From the NCBI RefSeq assembly GCF_009914755.1, contig NC_060926.1: a stretch of 64,000 bases of DNA. One strand, written 5' to 3'. The position numbers and the translations under genes are program-made. The notes beneath the pieces are model-generated. The model was not told where the DNA came from. It worked only from the letters and a program-made list of their open reading frames with translations, and did no database searches. Within the stretch, counting starts at the first letter, position 1; every line of letters starts with the position of its first letter. Positions 46,709-59,875 of the stretch are shown piece after piece. The stretch comes from the human T2T-CHM13v2.0 reference genome, Homo sapiens.

Positions 46709-47262
46709 ACTAGAAAAATAAAAGTAATCTATTATAGTAATTTATTTAAGTGATTCTTATATTTAAAATACCAGCAGTTAAATATGCCTAGGAAAATCTA
46801 AATAATGACCCATTGGTATTGGAAGGAAATTGGGGAAATGTTTAACCTAAAGGGATGACTTCCTAAAATTCAGTAGAATTTCAGTCACTGCGATACCTGG
46901 GAAGGGAAGGTAATTTTTTTGGGAGGTGCATGCAGTCGGCTTTTTTCATGCTGTTTGAGTTATAATAATCAAATAATTGTCTAAATCGAGCATGAAGGTT
47001 TTCTTACTTCTATATGTTCAATAATGTATTGAAATTTAAAAATTTATGTAAAGCAGAATTTAAGGAGTCTGTTTGCAAATCTTAGTATACCTAATAGATT
47101 TTAAGTTCTCTGACAGCAGGGGCTATGCGTTTTACAGCTTTATTTCTCAGTACTGTATAGTAGAAATTTTATATACTTACTTATATTTAATATCATTATT
47201 ATATTTGATAGTAGATATTTAATAAATATTAGTAGATTGGATATGTTGATGCGTTTTTAAAA

Positions 47263-47557
<295 letters not shown>

Positions 47558-47604
47558 AGATATATTTTAAAAATTTATATATAAACATACTATCATATGG
47601 GTGA

Positions 47605-48093
<489 letters not shown>

Positions 48094-48451
48094 TACGTCC
48101 ATTTCTTGAATATGCTTCCTTACTTAAGAAAACTGTGCTTTGGAGAAATGCCAGCCTCTTCTATAATGAACATCCATAGTTATTGTTTGAAGAGAAAATT
48201 TAATATTACTTTTTAATAAAAATAGCAGATGGCCAATATAAAATCCATGTCATTATCAATAATGCTTTTACTACGTTTCTGAGTTTATATTTCCAAATTT
48301 CATTCCTAGGAGTAGAAAAACAAGTATATATTATTTTGCTCTAAAAATAATATTAAACTCTCAATTCTATCTAAGAAAACTCTGAAAACTGTAGAAGAAA
48401 AGGATTTTTTTGTTTTTTCTTTTTATTTATTTATTTTTTAAATCCATGTTA

Positions 48452-48615
48452 CCAAAGTCAGAAAACTTTTTCTGTAAAGAGCCAGACAGTAATTATTTTT
48501 CATTTTGGCAATTCAAAAAGCCAGTTTTTGTTGCAACTACTCAGCACTACCCTTGTAGGGAAAACAGCCGGAGACAAATGGGCATGATTGGATCTAGCCT
48601 GCAGTTCTTAGATTC
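48452..48615. mobile_element. MER58-like hAT relic
   Basis: aaactttttctgtaaagagccagacagtaa...tgttgcaactactcagc...aaaacagcc..agacaa. Confidence 0.7.
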
Positions 48616-51019
48616 TTTCTCCAGTTACAGACACTATTAAGCTAGTGTTATGGAGGCACTATTGAAGTTTCAAAATGTTGGCAGTAATGAATGTGTGGGA
48701 GGAGATTGATGATAAATCTGTGGAATCTGCAGTGACTGAAACACAGCATTGGCACTAGCTTTAAGCAGAAAAACCAGGTCCTCTGGTGCCCAAGTGAAAG
48801 GAGAATACTTTGTTCTTCACTCTGTTTTAATGGTATCAGTTGGTAGATGTCCATTGGCCCTGTCACAAGGTGATATGTGTATAGCAGATGGTACCAGCAC
48901 AAAAGCAAGTAGAAGTTTGTTTTTGATTGGTTACTCATTGCTTCCTCTTTGATACCAAACTGATAGCATGGGCGCTCAGTTTCTATACTAAATAAAGGAA
49001 AAAAAATTAGCAATCCATTATTCTTCCATTTAGACCAATCCAAATTGATTGTCCTCCTCATTTCCAATTTATGTTGCCACATGACTCTCTTAAACCATAA
49101 CTTCAGGAGCAAAAGTATTTATATATTTTTGCTGAGTTCAAGGATTTAATGTGCTGAGCAACATATCATTCAAGGAGCTGACCTACCATTTTCTGATTGA
49201 TAATGGAAATGTTAATGTATTGTTAGTCCTCTTATTTTTAGCCTAAAGTGAGCTAATAACTAGAATCATTATGTTGCCTATAAAGTGTTCAGGCAAAAGG
49301 GAAGGTGTAGAAGTTGAGGTCTATTTGTCAAGTTAATTATAATATTGGAAAAGCGAATTATATTGAAGGAAAAATCCAATATCATACCCTTTTGCTGGTA
49401 AAAGGGGCAATGGAATATCTAATTTCTGAACTCTTGTAATGCTATTCTTTGGATACGTTTATTGCTGAAAATTTTACCCATTAAATCCATGTCTTATAAT
49501 AATTATTAGCTCAACATTTACTACTGTGAAACCTAATATTTCACTGCATGAAACACACCATTTCTCTGAGACTATTGTCAGTCTCTCTGCCCTGATCCTC
49601 TCATGTTGCCATGACATTCCGTAGAGTAGCCACCTGCTCAACCTGGGCCTTCTAGCTCTGTGCTCTACAAGGTACAGGCTCCTACCAAATCTGAAGGGGA
49701 GTGAGAGAAAAGATGAAAAGAAACCCTGGGTGGTGGTCAGGAAGTGTCCTGTCAACCCTCTGGGTGGGCCTGCAACATGCATTCTTCATGAAGGGATATC
49801 GCCCCCCCCGCCCACCTCTGAGTAGGGAAGGGGTACAAATATCAGTGTTTGAGGAGCAAAAAAATCTGAGTCATGACAATGGCTTGTGGCCTTTCAAAGG
49901 GTCACAGTACATAAACAGATATATAAACAATGTATCTGTGGCATTACAACGTCAAGGGGGAGCAATTAGAAAAAAGGCTAAAAAGACTCCAAGGCAGGGG
50001 GGATGTAATTTTTAAAAAGTTGATGTATACTGCTGTGTGATGGAGAAGGAGGGCCGCTTTGCTTTTTTTCTTAACCATTCCAAAGCCCCCGATTTGGCCA
50101 AGTGAACAATGGACACCCTTGTGCTGGCAGATCACGTCTAAGTCCCAAAGGTGCCCGTGTTTGCCTTGTTGCAGGCAATGAGGGAGGCTTGGGCAACCCA
50201 GCTGTCTTCTCCACCAAGCCTAATCTCTAAAGCACTGGTTCATAGATGGCATCTTCTAGCTCCAGTTCTCCAGGTCCATATGCCTATTTGAAAAACACTC
50301 AGACACCAGTTGCATTGTTTCAAGCTACTTCACAGAGGGGTGTTCATGAAGAGTTATTGGTAAGGAGAAACTCCAAAAGACTTGAACATCCTGGGAGCAT
50401 TTTCATGCTAACCAGTTTTGCTGTCTTTAGGGGAAAGGATTGGCATTTTTCTTTTCCACCAGAATAATTTAACCTTAAACTCTTTGTAAATGTCGAAATT
50501 CCAAATAACACTCCTCTAATATGTTAAAGTGGAAGGGGAAAAAGAAGAATGAAACACATCAGTTGGCCTTTCCTTGGTCTCTTGATCCCACACTCTCCCA
50601 TGGTGAGGACCAGCAGAAGTGAAAATGGAGCTCTCTGGAAGAGTGAGGATTTTCCTAAGGCCGTCTCCTGTGCTTCCTCATCCCCAGCTCGCCACTTCTG
50701 GAGTAAAACAGCAGCTGTGCAGTGAGGACCCTGAGCAGATGAAGATCCAATTAACAGAGTCTCGGGCTGACGTGTTCACACTTGGAAACCTCTTTGGAGA
50801 CAGGCTACATGGCAGTTACAGAAAGGATGTTCTCGCCTCTGGGATGAGCTCTGTCAGTCAGAAATTTATTTAAGACATTTACCCCCCCCACCTCCTGCAA
50901 CAATTGGTGAAATTTGGGAAAGATGCTAGAGTCTAATGATCTCGTTTCTTTGCTATATATTCTCACAAAGTGAATCCTACAGAATAAAAGATTAATTGAA
51001 GATTAATTGAAGGTCAAGG

Positions 51020-51420
51020 AACTATTTATCAGTGCCAGGCACTGCTCTCAGCACGCCGAGGAGTAAAAAGCAGTCTGGGTATGAAGAAGCTGATGGGAAA
51101 TAAGAAAGTATAAACCCAACAGCAGGAAAAAGCAGAACTTGAGCATGCCATGAGAAAGGCACAAGAAAGGTACTGTGAGTGATCAAAGAAAAACGTAGAT
51201 AATGTCTGATTGGAAGGAGTAGGACACACTTCCTGGAAGAGGTGACGTGTGAGATAAATCTGTAAACAAGCATATGATTTGAAGGTAGGATGGTGGGAAG
51301 CCTGTTCTAGAGGGAGGGAAGTATGTGAGCAGAGGCTTGGGTGGGAAAGCACCAGGTGCATCCAGGGAACAAGCAGCTGGTTCTGGGAACCGGAAGTTAC
51401 AGGTGATGTTTGAGAGAGCA
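51020..51420 (-). mobile_element. L2 relic hosting the PTF1 motif cluster
   Basis: gtgccaggcactgctct...cttcctggaagaggtgac...gttctagagggagggaagtatgtgagcagaggc follows the antisense L2 3' pattern. Confidence 0.6.
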
Positions 51421-51521
51421 GTTTTTTTTTTTTTTTTTTTTTTCCAGTTCAGGGCAGAAGGCACCTGTAAGAGTGAAGGAAGGAGGAGGAAAAGAACTGG
51501 CAGAGGCTGCAAGGTCAGATG
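51342..51521. promoter_or_regulatory. Candidate acinar enhancer (PTF1 bipartite site, further E-boxes, ETS, NR5A2/ERR)
   Basis: TGGGAAA-N4-CAGGTG at 51342-51358 (reverse: CACCTG-N4-TTTCCCA). Further motifs: CAGCTG 51374, ACCGGAAGT 51389-51397, CAGGTG 51400, CACCTG 51462, CAAGGTCA 51510-51517, CAGATG 51516. Confidence 0.5.
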
Positions 51522-51774
51522 GCTCTTCAGAAGGCCTGAAATGGAGTTGAAAGACAGGGCAGCTCATTCTGCAGCAACCCCCATATATTTTCTTCTGAAT
51601 TTTGAAGGGTTGTGTGAGCTGACTTCCTTAATATCAGGCCAGACATCTTGGTGTCCGTGTGAGAGGTTAGACTAGGGGGAAACAGAGGAGAACCTTAGAA
51701 GGGAAGGCTCCTTTCTCTGTCACACCTCAAAATTTAGTGAGTCTCTGCTGAGTCCAATAGGAAGTCCTAGGAAA

Positions 51775-52590
51775 AATGTGTGACTCAGGTTGGATGGACC
51801 CCAGACCACCAGCCTGCAGCTCTGATCTTACTGGAGAAGTAAGACTCATCTCTAGTTTTACTGAGTGACATAGTCAAGTCCTGACCAATCTGGGCCTCAT
51901 TTTTCTGGTCTTGTGCATGGTGCTATTACCTTCCCTACATACACAAGATCCAATTACAATCTAAGGTGCTCATGTCTGTGAAAGCACTTGCAACATTTTT
52001 TTTTTTTGGTACTGGTGTAAGATGGTAGTGTGAGTCATAAGTTACAGGTTTTTTAATAAGCTCTTTGCTCCACTGGTCTAAAATATAGAATCTGAGACTC
52101 TAGGGGTTATTTTAAACTCATAGATCCATAGAATGTAAACACTGAAAGGGACTTTTTAGTACCATCTAAACTCCCCTTGGTGAAAGGCAGCACACCATCG
52201 TGGTTAAGAGTGTAGATGCTGAAATAGATTCAGTAGATGCAAATTTCATCTCCACTACTTAATAGTTACATGATTTTGAACAAGACTATTTTAACCTCTG
52301 TGTGCCTCAGTCTCCTCATTTATAAAGTGGGGGTGAAAAATGCTCTCTAGCTCATAGAATTGTTGTGAGCTTGAGTTTGTATGTGTAATGCCTTGAGAAC
52401 AGCACCTGTGTGTAATAAGTACCATACGCACCGTGATAGCTAGTTCGACTGACTTGTTTTTCACATGAGGAAACAGAAATCTAGTGAGGTGAACTGACTT
52501 GCTCAAGGCACTTATTTGCCCAGTGGCAGGGCCAGGACATTAGAATGTGTTTCCTGACTCCCAGGTCAGTATCTTTCTATTTCCTCTCAG
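51775..52590. mobile_element. Cluster of MIR fragments, partly nested
   Basis: gtggttaagagtgtaga...ttaacctctgtgtgcctcagtctcctcatttataaagtggg and tgaggaaacagaa...tgacttgctcaagg. Confidence 0.65.
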
Positions 52591-52995
52591 TGTTCTCTGT
52601 TGATTCAGTCAGCATAATTTGCTTTTGGTAAAAATGTTTAAATGAAGAAAATTATGCCAAAATCTTTCAGGTGTTTTCAATGGGGAAAAAAATCATGGAA
52701 CTTCAGGGAGAAGGAAGGGTCTCTCAGAAGGACCTCTGTAAAATCTGTCCTTTGACTTGCACGTGGGCCACTGAGGAGAGAACGTCTGGTCTTTCACTGA
52801 CAACATCTCTCAAATAGCCTTCATAGCATCCTAACTTCGAACAAATGTAGAGTTTCCAGATCACAGCTGGATAAAAAGCAATATTTCAAATAATAATACT
52901 CTTTGTAGTAGTCATTGGCTAAATTTATGTATTTTTATTTTTATATCTCATAACAATCGTGGAGGTTGGATGAATTATCTTTATTTAAAAATGAA

Positions 52996-53171
52996 GGCAA
53001 GGTAAGGTGGTTCACACCTATAATCCTAACACTTTGGGAGGCCGAGGCAGGAGGATCGCTTGAGGCCAGGAGTTTGAGACCAGCTTGGGCAAAGTAGTGA
53101 GGCCCTGTCTTGACAAAAAATTTTTAAAAATTAGCCAGGCATGGTGGCGTGTGCCTGTAGTCCCAGCTACT
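52996..53171 (+). mobile_element. AluJ, 3'-truncated
   Basis: Left monomer, linker and the first about 40 nt of the right monomer. Stops at cccagctact with no tail. Confidence 0.9.
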
Positions 53172-53242
53172 GACTCAACATCTCTAGTGGTGAGGTCAAT
53201 AAATCTGTATTTCTTCTGCATGCAAAAATTTGAGCAGCACTG
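53167..53242. mobile_element. MER5A right half
   Basis: ctactgactcaacatctct...aatctgtattt...aaatttgagcagcactg, ending in the TIR. Confidence 0.6.
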
Positions 53243-53853
53243 TGCTACAAGCCTTCTTCCCAAGTCCCATTCTGTGTTAGCCCTGGAAGAGCCCAAGCTT
53301 TAGGACAGAGATGCCAGGAACTGAGCACTTATCACTTATTTGGCACTGGGGCCTGATGCTGTGGGCCATGCCACTTCCCTACCATTTTCTGTAACCACTC
53401 AACAACTGCTAAAGAAGGTTCTCAGGCTCTTTAGGAAAGAGCCTTACATTCTGTATGCGAAGACAATGATCAGAAGGGATGACAACTCACATCTATTTCT
53501 GGAGTATGAGGAAGAATCAATTGTAATTGTGAAAATACCTCCATGTTAAACCTTCCAGTAACACTTTTACTACAAAATAGGAAAGAGAGAAGCTTACTGT
53601 GGACACAGAACTCAATGTCTCTGGATATCAAGGGAAAATAAAGGAGCTTTAAAAAACAGAAGCAGCCAAGGGCAAGTGGTCGAATCTCTTGCCTAAAGAG
53701 GAAGAATGTTTGTGTCCCCTTTGAAATGAGTGAAAATATACAACCTGTTGTGTTGCCAGATGCTTTGACCTAATACGTCCCAGGTACTATGCTTTTAATT
53801 TGTTGATGACTCAAAGAGCACTCATAGAGTGATCTGGCAGAATACAGGAAGAT

Positions 53854-53909
53854 GATTTTTGCCATTGCTTTTAATGGCAAAAACAGCAATTACTTTTGCA
53901 CAAATGTAA
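53854..53909. mobile_element. MADE1 (Hsmar1-derived MITE), partial
   Basis: tttttgccattgcttttaatggcaaaaacagcaattacttttgcacaaatgtaa matches the MADE1 centre and one TIR. Confidence 0.9.
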
Positions 53910-54924
53910 TGTTAATAATTACTTCTAGATATCTCTGTCATTAAAATGCCTGAAATGCCATTGTTAGAGATGCATTACTTATGGCTAAATGCTTCATCCA
54001 GGCATCTTTCCTAGCAGATCTGGGGAAATATGGCCTATTGACATTAAAATCCCATTGTGAGATGGGACTCTGGAGAACTGGAGCATGTGGGGATATTGGG
54101 GTGGAGATTGGAAAGGGGGGAAGCTTTGCAGAAAGGAAAATAATAACTTTCTTAAGGTTTACCTTGTGTGAATCCATCACTCTTTCTAATACTTTGTGAA
54201 GCTCCAGCTAACCAGACCAGAGCCAACTTTTAGAGTTGACAGCCCTGCCTTCATCAAATGCCCCTGGTCAGAGAACCCTGAGCAGAGACACAGTTGGTCC
54301 CTTTGACTTTGGTCTGTGATTGAGGAAACGGCAATTTCTTTTACCAGTGGGCCATTGCTGCCAACCAGCTGTGGGCATTGCTAGATCTTCCTCTCTTCAC
54401 CTGGTAATATGCAGCCAGGTCACATGCCAGACCCTGACGTATGCCTCCTTCAGTTTCTGATCTCCTTTTCCAAATATCTCCATCACCTACCATCCACATC
54501 TGTAATTGTACTCTATGAGTCTTGAAGACTTCAGAAATCACTTATAATATGAAATATAGCTGCATGTGATCATATTTTATTTTCTGTTATCTTCCTTAAA
54601 CATGACTTAATAATTCAGCAGATACTAATAGATGGTCATTGAGAACAAAAAGGAGACAATTTGGGAATATTATGATACAATGATGCCAAAATATTTTGCT
54701 CACAGAGGACTTTGCAGAGCTGTAGAAAGGACAATAAAAAATAAAGTGAAAAAAAAATTACCAAAATGAATACTAAGTTATTCTTGTATGTAAAATATGT
54801 AAAAGAGTAGTGTTGTAAGAGGCCCCAGAATTTGTAAATGGGAATAACTTAAGGTATTGGGTTTTTTCTTTAAAGTTGCTATTTAATAGGATTCAGATAC
54901 TTAGATGCATTTTCTATAGCTTCA

Positions 54925-54990
54925 GTGTATATATGTATATATGTTATATGTAACAGGTATATGACATATGTATATTTATTACATGTATTT
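54925..54990. repeat. TA/TG-rich low-complexity tract
   Basis: gtgtatatatgtatatatgttatatgta... Confidence 0.7.
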
Positions 54991-57900
54991 ATTTAATTTA
55001 GATATAGCAGAGGATAAAAATGGAGGAATTTCTGAAGGAACTGGATTGTAAACCAACCTTTCGAAGAAGCAGGTATTGAAAGAGAAAATTGCCATTTAGA
55101 GGGGATGGCATAAGCTCATGGAGGGGGAAATCACACACGAGGGGGCTACAGGCTGCTTGAACAAGGCACAGTGGCCAAAGGGGCGAGGCTGGGGGTGTGA
55201 AGTTCAAGCCAGGTGGAGGGAGCAGCTGATGAAGCAATCTGTAGGGGCAGCCTTGGTGTGGATATGGAGGGTTCCCAGTAAGCTCCTGGGCAGAAGGATG
55301 ACTCCATATGAAGACTGTGAAATTGGCACTGGACAGACAGCTGGGTCAGGGCTGTTGAGGGAGACAGGGGACTGGAGGGAAATAAAGTGTCTGGTTGATC
55401 TCCAGCCATACACAGGTGAGTCTGACAAAGTGGGCAGAAATAATGTCTCCACCTCTTTCAGGGTGGGTGTGGAGGGTCTGCTCTCATTTCCCTCATCTAG
55501 GCAATTTCTTGGATAAAGATGAAGAGACTCGGAGGGATGGTTCCCTCTAGGTAAGGCTTTAGAGTGGGTCAGGTGGTCCTTTTCAGATGGCCCTTGCCCC
55601 TCCCTGCAGAAGGGGCTCAGGCTCCCTTCTGTGCATCTTTTTTTGAGATGAACTATTAGGAAACCCATCGTGTTCAGGGAGCTGTGTCTTTTGCCTTGTG
55701 GTAGAACAACGACACATGCATTCTGGCTGATGTCTGGCTCCATTTTTGGAACCCATAACAATTATTCCTTTAAAATTCCAGATTGAAATGGAGAACTGAA
55801 ATCTGAAAGTGGCTCTTCAAATGAGTGGGGCAATGTGTTTTAAGCCTTTAATCTCGAAAGATTCCACTCACCTCCTCCAATTATTTTAGAGGCTGACTTT
55901 CTCTGAGAATAGAGAAGCAAAGAGAGGAAACTCATTTTAATCTAATGTACTCTTAGTCAGTTTAGGGGGCTAAGGCCACAATTGGTGTTTGAAGGGAAAA
56001 AAAAATAGACCCCCAAGTGTAGCCAGGAAGGCTTCCATTTTCTTCTCAGCCTTAACGCACCCTCAGGAAATGATTGAAGCCTGGGAAATTATGAATATCA
56101 GACTAATTGAACAGGAAAACCAGTGAACAGCTGCAATTTTCTATCATGGATTTTTTTTTTTTAAATTTAAGAGATAGGAAACCTTTTTATGCATTGGGTT
56201 TTCCAAATTGATTTCAAGAGTATATTACCCTAATATGTAGCAATTTTACACAATAAAAATTGGCTTTCTACTTGGAATTTTAGGCATGAGAGTTGCATCA
56301 TGATTGTTATACTTATTCGTTCTCTGATGAAAGAAAAGAAGATTGAACATTAAAAGCTGAAGGTCATCCATACAGTTGTCCCAATAGCAATCTGTGTACC
56401 TTTAACCCTGAGGAGGAAAAGTAATTACCCTATGGCTTCTGGTGACCTCAACTAACCTTTGCTGAAGGGCCAGAGAAAATAAAAGCTGACCATCAGCCTG
56501 CCCTGGTTGCCCTGGGCTTAACCTGCTGTGTGAATGAAGAACAACCCAACAATAGGATGAGAGGATGTTGCCATGGAAATAGCCCTGGACGAAGGAGCAA
56601 AAATCAGAAATTTATCACAATTAATTGTTCTATTAAGAACCTCCCACCTTTTGGATTATTCCCTGGGGGTAGGGAGGGAAGATGTGTTCTCATTTAGATC
56701 TTATGAGAGAAAATTATGCTTGCATAAATGAGGCAGCCCATAAAGTAAAACCATTCTAAGTAGTGACGAGAATTGGACAGCTTTGTGAGAGACGGAAGGA
56801 TCTATATCTCCTCATAATCTATAAAGATGCAAATGCAAACAGCCAGGACGAGGGCCAAAGAACCTCATTCTATCAGGGGAACCAGGTGAAGTGTGGGTCT
56901 GGACATACGTCTTTTTCATATTTTCAGTAGACTGTTGCCTGTGCTTTCATGCCTTGGCAAGGTCTGCAAAGTACAGGTAATGATATTTTAACAGTACAGA
57001 AATGTGTTGTCATATTTTATTCTGCTTATTTAGCCTTTCTGTTAAATAGAATCCAAGTTCTATGTATTTTTAACGTGAGCTTGTTTAGATCAGAAAATAG
57101 AAGCTTGCTATCCGATTATGTTCAGATTAAACTAGACTAATCCATGATGCTCTGGGTGCCATAGACTAATTGCAGAAAAAAGAAATGGAGTGAGAAATAG
57201 TTCCTTTATGGAGAACCTACAAGTTATCTCTTAGGTAGAAGCAGACGTATTTAAAAGTAATAATATTTTTATTTTTAACATGAGAATGTTTTCATTTTTA
57301 TTCATCATACGAAGATGAAATTAGACTTTAAAAATGTGGATTTTTTTGATCAGTTCTTTCATTTATTTGTATTAAGTGGATTAATTAATTATTGAGCAAC
57401 GGACTGTATGTCAACTTAACTTCTTTTTTGCATAACAGATAGCAATATGAAACACTATTTTCTGTATTTCCTAAATAGTGAGTTACTCATGTTAATCAGT
57501 TTTTAAAATAATGTGTGGTGCTAAAACAAAGCAGGTGGTTAAGCTCAGACATTGATTTTCTCTTTAAGGGGTACTTCATCAGTGAAATTTTAACCACCGA
57601 TGAAGGAGAATATAAACCATAGTAGGCGTTCACTGAAGACTCTTCCTTACAATGAGAAGATATGTTTTTCTGTCACAGCATAAGATGCCAACATGAGTTT
57701 TATCCATGAATATATGAACCTATGAATTTTAACTCCAGATGTTGATAGGAAATTAATCTCATACTGGGAAGCATTATCAGCTTTCATTAGAACTTGGGAA
57801 GTTTACATTTAGTAGAAATAAACTTTTTAAATGAAGGGACATGTGTTGGAAATTCTGTTAACTAACAATGAAATCCAGCTCTTGGGCTTCTTGTTTACCC

Positions 57901-58165
57901 ATCTGCTCTCTGCAGTTAGTTTATTACTCGTTTGGTGCGATTCTGGTATGGTTAGGGCCAGGATTCTGTTTGCTAACCCCCCAGGTACCTGTGGTTGGAA
58001 GGCCCATCTCAAATAATATAATAGACTTGGCCAGACTCATTCAACTCTCTTTGTGGCCTTTGGCAGGCTTTTAAGCTTTTTCTCTGCTATAGATAATAGT
58101 TTTTCTTAAGTGGCAGCAACATAGCTCTAAAAATACATCTACAGTAAGGTCCTAGTTGTACTTAC

Positions 58166-58283
58166 CTTATAGTTCAGCAGCACCTTGCTGGTGGTGATCA
58201 TGCTTCTTAATTTCCATTTGCTTTAGTTTGCTGGTAAGCACATACCTGCTTGTAGGGTGCTAAGAGTGTTCTTTCTGGCTGAG
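58166..58283 (-). ncRNA. MIR217HG: Probable first exon of the host transcript
   Basis: Consensus donor AAG|GTAAGT (intron starts at 58165) and an alternative donor CAG|GTATGT (intron starts at 58245). Both lie just downstream of a TATA box on the same strand. Confidence 0.6.
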
Positions 58284-58370
58284 ATGTTTGCAGCGTTGGC
58301 CTTCGTCTTTATAGTTCTCACTTTATTTGGAACCTCTCCAGGTTTTCTCTGTTTATTAACCCTCACCTGG
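58276..58370 (-). promoter_or_regulatory. TATA-type core promoter with FOXA/HNF1-like site and E-box
   Basis: Minus-strand TATAAAGA at 58306-58313, with pyrimidine-A initiator-like positions (CATCTCAGCC) 28-33 nt downstream. TGTTTATTAAC at 58350-58360 combines a FOXA core with an HNF1 half-site. CACCTG at 58364-58369. Confidence 0.6.
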
Positions 58371-59132
58371 ATGGCTTGGCTGAGGCAGCGGAACCAAAAG
58401 TAAAGATGGTAATGGGTTTCTGTTGTTTTACCTGTTTGGGCCAATAGAAGAATGAAAGGGAGAATGATGATCAAGATCAAAATGTAAAAAACAGTGCTAA
58501 TCTTTCCTTACATAGAGAGAGGCAGCAGATATCTACCTGGTCTCCCCCATTTAAAACGATTATGCATAATTTCTGCTGGTTTGGATAATCAGTTCTGTAT
58601 TATAATTATGGAAAGATATTTAATTATGTACAGTTTACTTATGGACTACATTTTTATTGTTCTCAATTTTGTTCAGAGGAAAAAAATTATATATATTTAG
58701 TGAAGTTTACATAGAAATCTTGCCAAAATAATTTTGTAAGGAATAAGGTAGATCAAATCTCTCAATGACTAGACATTTAAGTGCAGACATGAGAGTATTT
58801 ACTGATTTATAACTAATAAAGCTTCAACTTAACTGCTCTTTAATGACACCTATAAAAATGGTATTAAAGTGTGACGAGCAATTTAAAAGACAAGGACTAC
58901 TGAGAAGAGTTTTTTATATTTTTGTAGCTATCTGCACTTTATTTTTAATCTTTTATTCTATGCGTGCAGACTTAACTATGAAATAAATCCACAAACTCTT
59001 CAATGTAAATGAGGAGCTAAATACAGAATGTAAGAATCACAAAAATAATTATGTCATAAATGAAAGTAAAAATTAGATGATAATATGTGTGTGGAAAAAT
59101 GCCAAAAATTGCCAGCCACTACACTTTGAATG

Positions 59133-59313
59133 TACATATTAAAAAACCAACATGGCATTTTGTGAAGAGAGTTCAAGATAATTTTTATAGGGTTAACATT
59201 ACATATTTTAAACAGCATGGTATTTTGTCAGTAGAGTTTAAGATAATTTATATAAGGTAAACATACAAAATTTTAAAATTGCATGGCATTTTGTCAAGAG
59301 AGTTTATGATAAT
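59133..59313. repeat. Tandem repeat of about 65 bp, about 2.7 copies
   Basis: catggYattttgt..agagtt.a.gataat recurs at 59151, 59216 and 59282. Confidence 0.9.
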
Positions 59314-59847
59314 ATTGGGTTGAGTAGACACTTTCAACTGAAAGGGGAAAAACTATTTTAACAGTTTTTGGGTGTTAACACTACCAGCTCCAAATTAAGC
59401 AAACATTAACGACGTGACATTATTCTGACATACTCAGTCTTTAAAATATCTTTCCATGGATTATGTGTGGTGTAATGAATCATATATAGAATATAGGATA
59501 TTTTAGCGGAATATCAAACTGTGGTGTTAGTACTGTGTCTGGGTTAAAGAATGTGAAAACATCATAAAAAATTATATGGCATCAGTGTTCCTCATCAAAG
59601 GACATAATTCAGTCTTGTTCAACAGACTGATGGAAATGATATGCTGTCAACCTTTCTACGTTTTCAAGCACAATGTATAAAGAAGGTAACTCATGAAAAC
59701 AAATTTAGATCCATTTAAATACACCACAGAAAACAAAGATATTCCAAAGAAATAGTCAAATTTGCTTCTCATCAAGTCCTGCAAGGTTCATCCTGGGTTG
59801 AAGCAGGGAGTAGGAATTTTATAAACGATTATGTTATTTAATAAACA

Positions 59848-59875
59848 TATATATATATATATCTCCATATATATT
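59848..59875. repeat. Short (TA)n
   Basis: atatatatatatatat run. Confidence 0.8.

Noticed and set aside
48648-49112. 154-aa minus-strand ORF
   Set aside because: Non-ATG start, composition typical of random AT-rich sequence and no recognisable homology.
55204-55761. Longest ORF in the window (185 aa) and the overlapping 132-aa ORF
   Set aside because: No recognisable domain or exon structure. A locally higher GC content explains the stop-free frames.
57574-57606. Hairpin cttcatcagtg...caccgatgaag
   Set aside because: Only an 11-bp stem, too short for a pre-miRNA and expected by chance in 64 kb.
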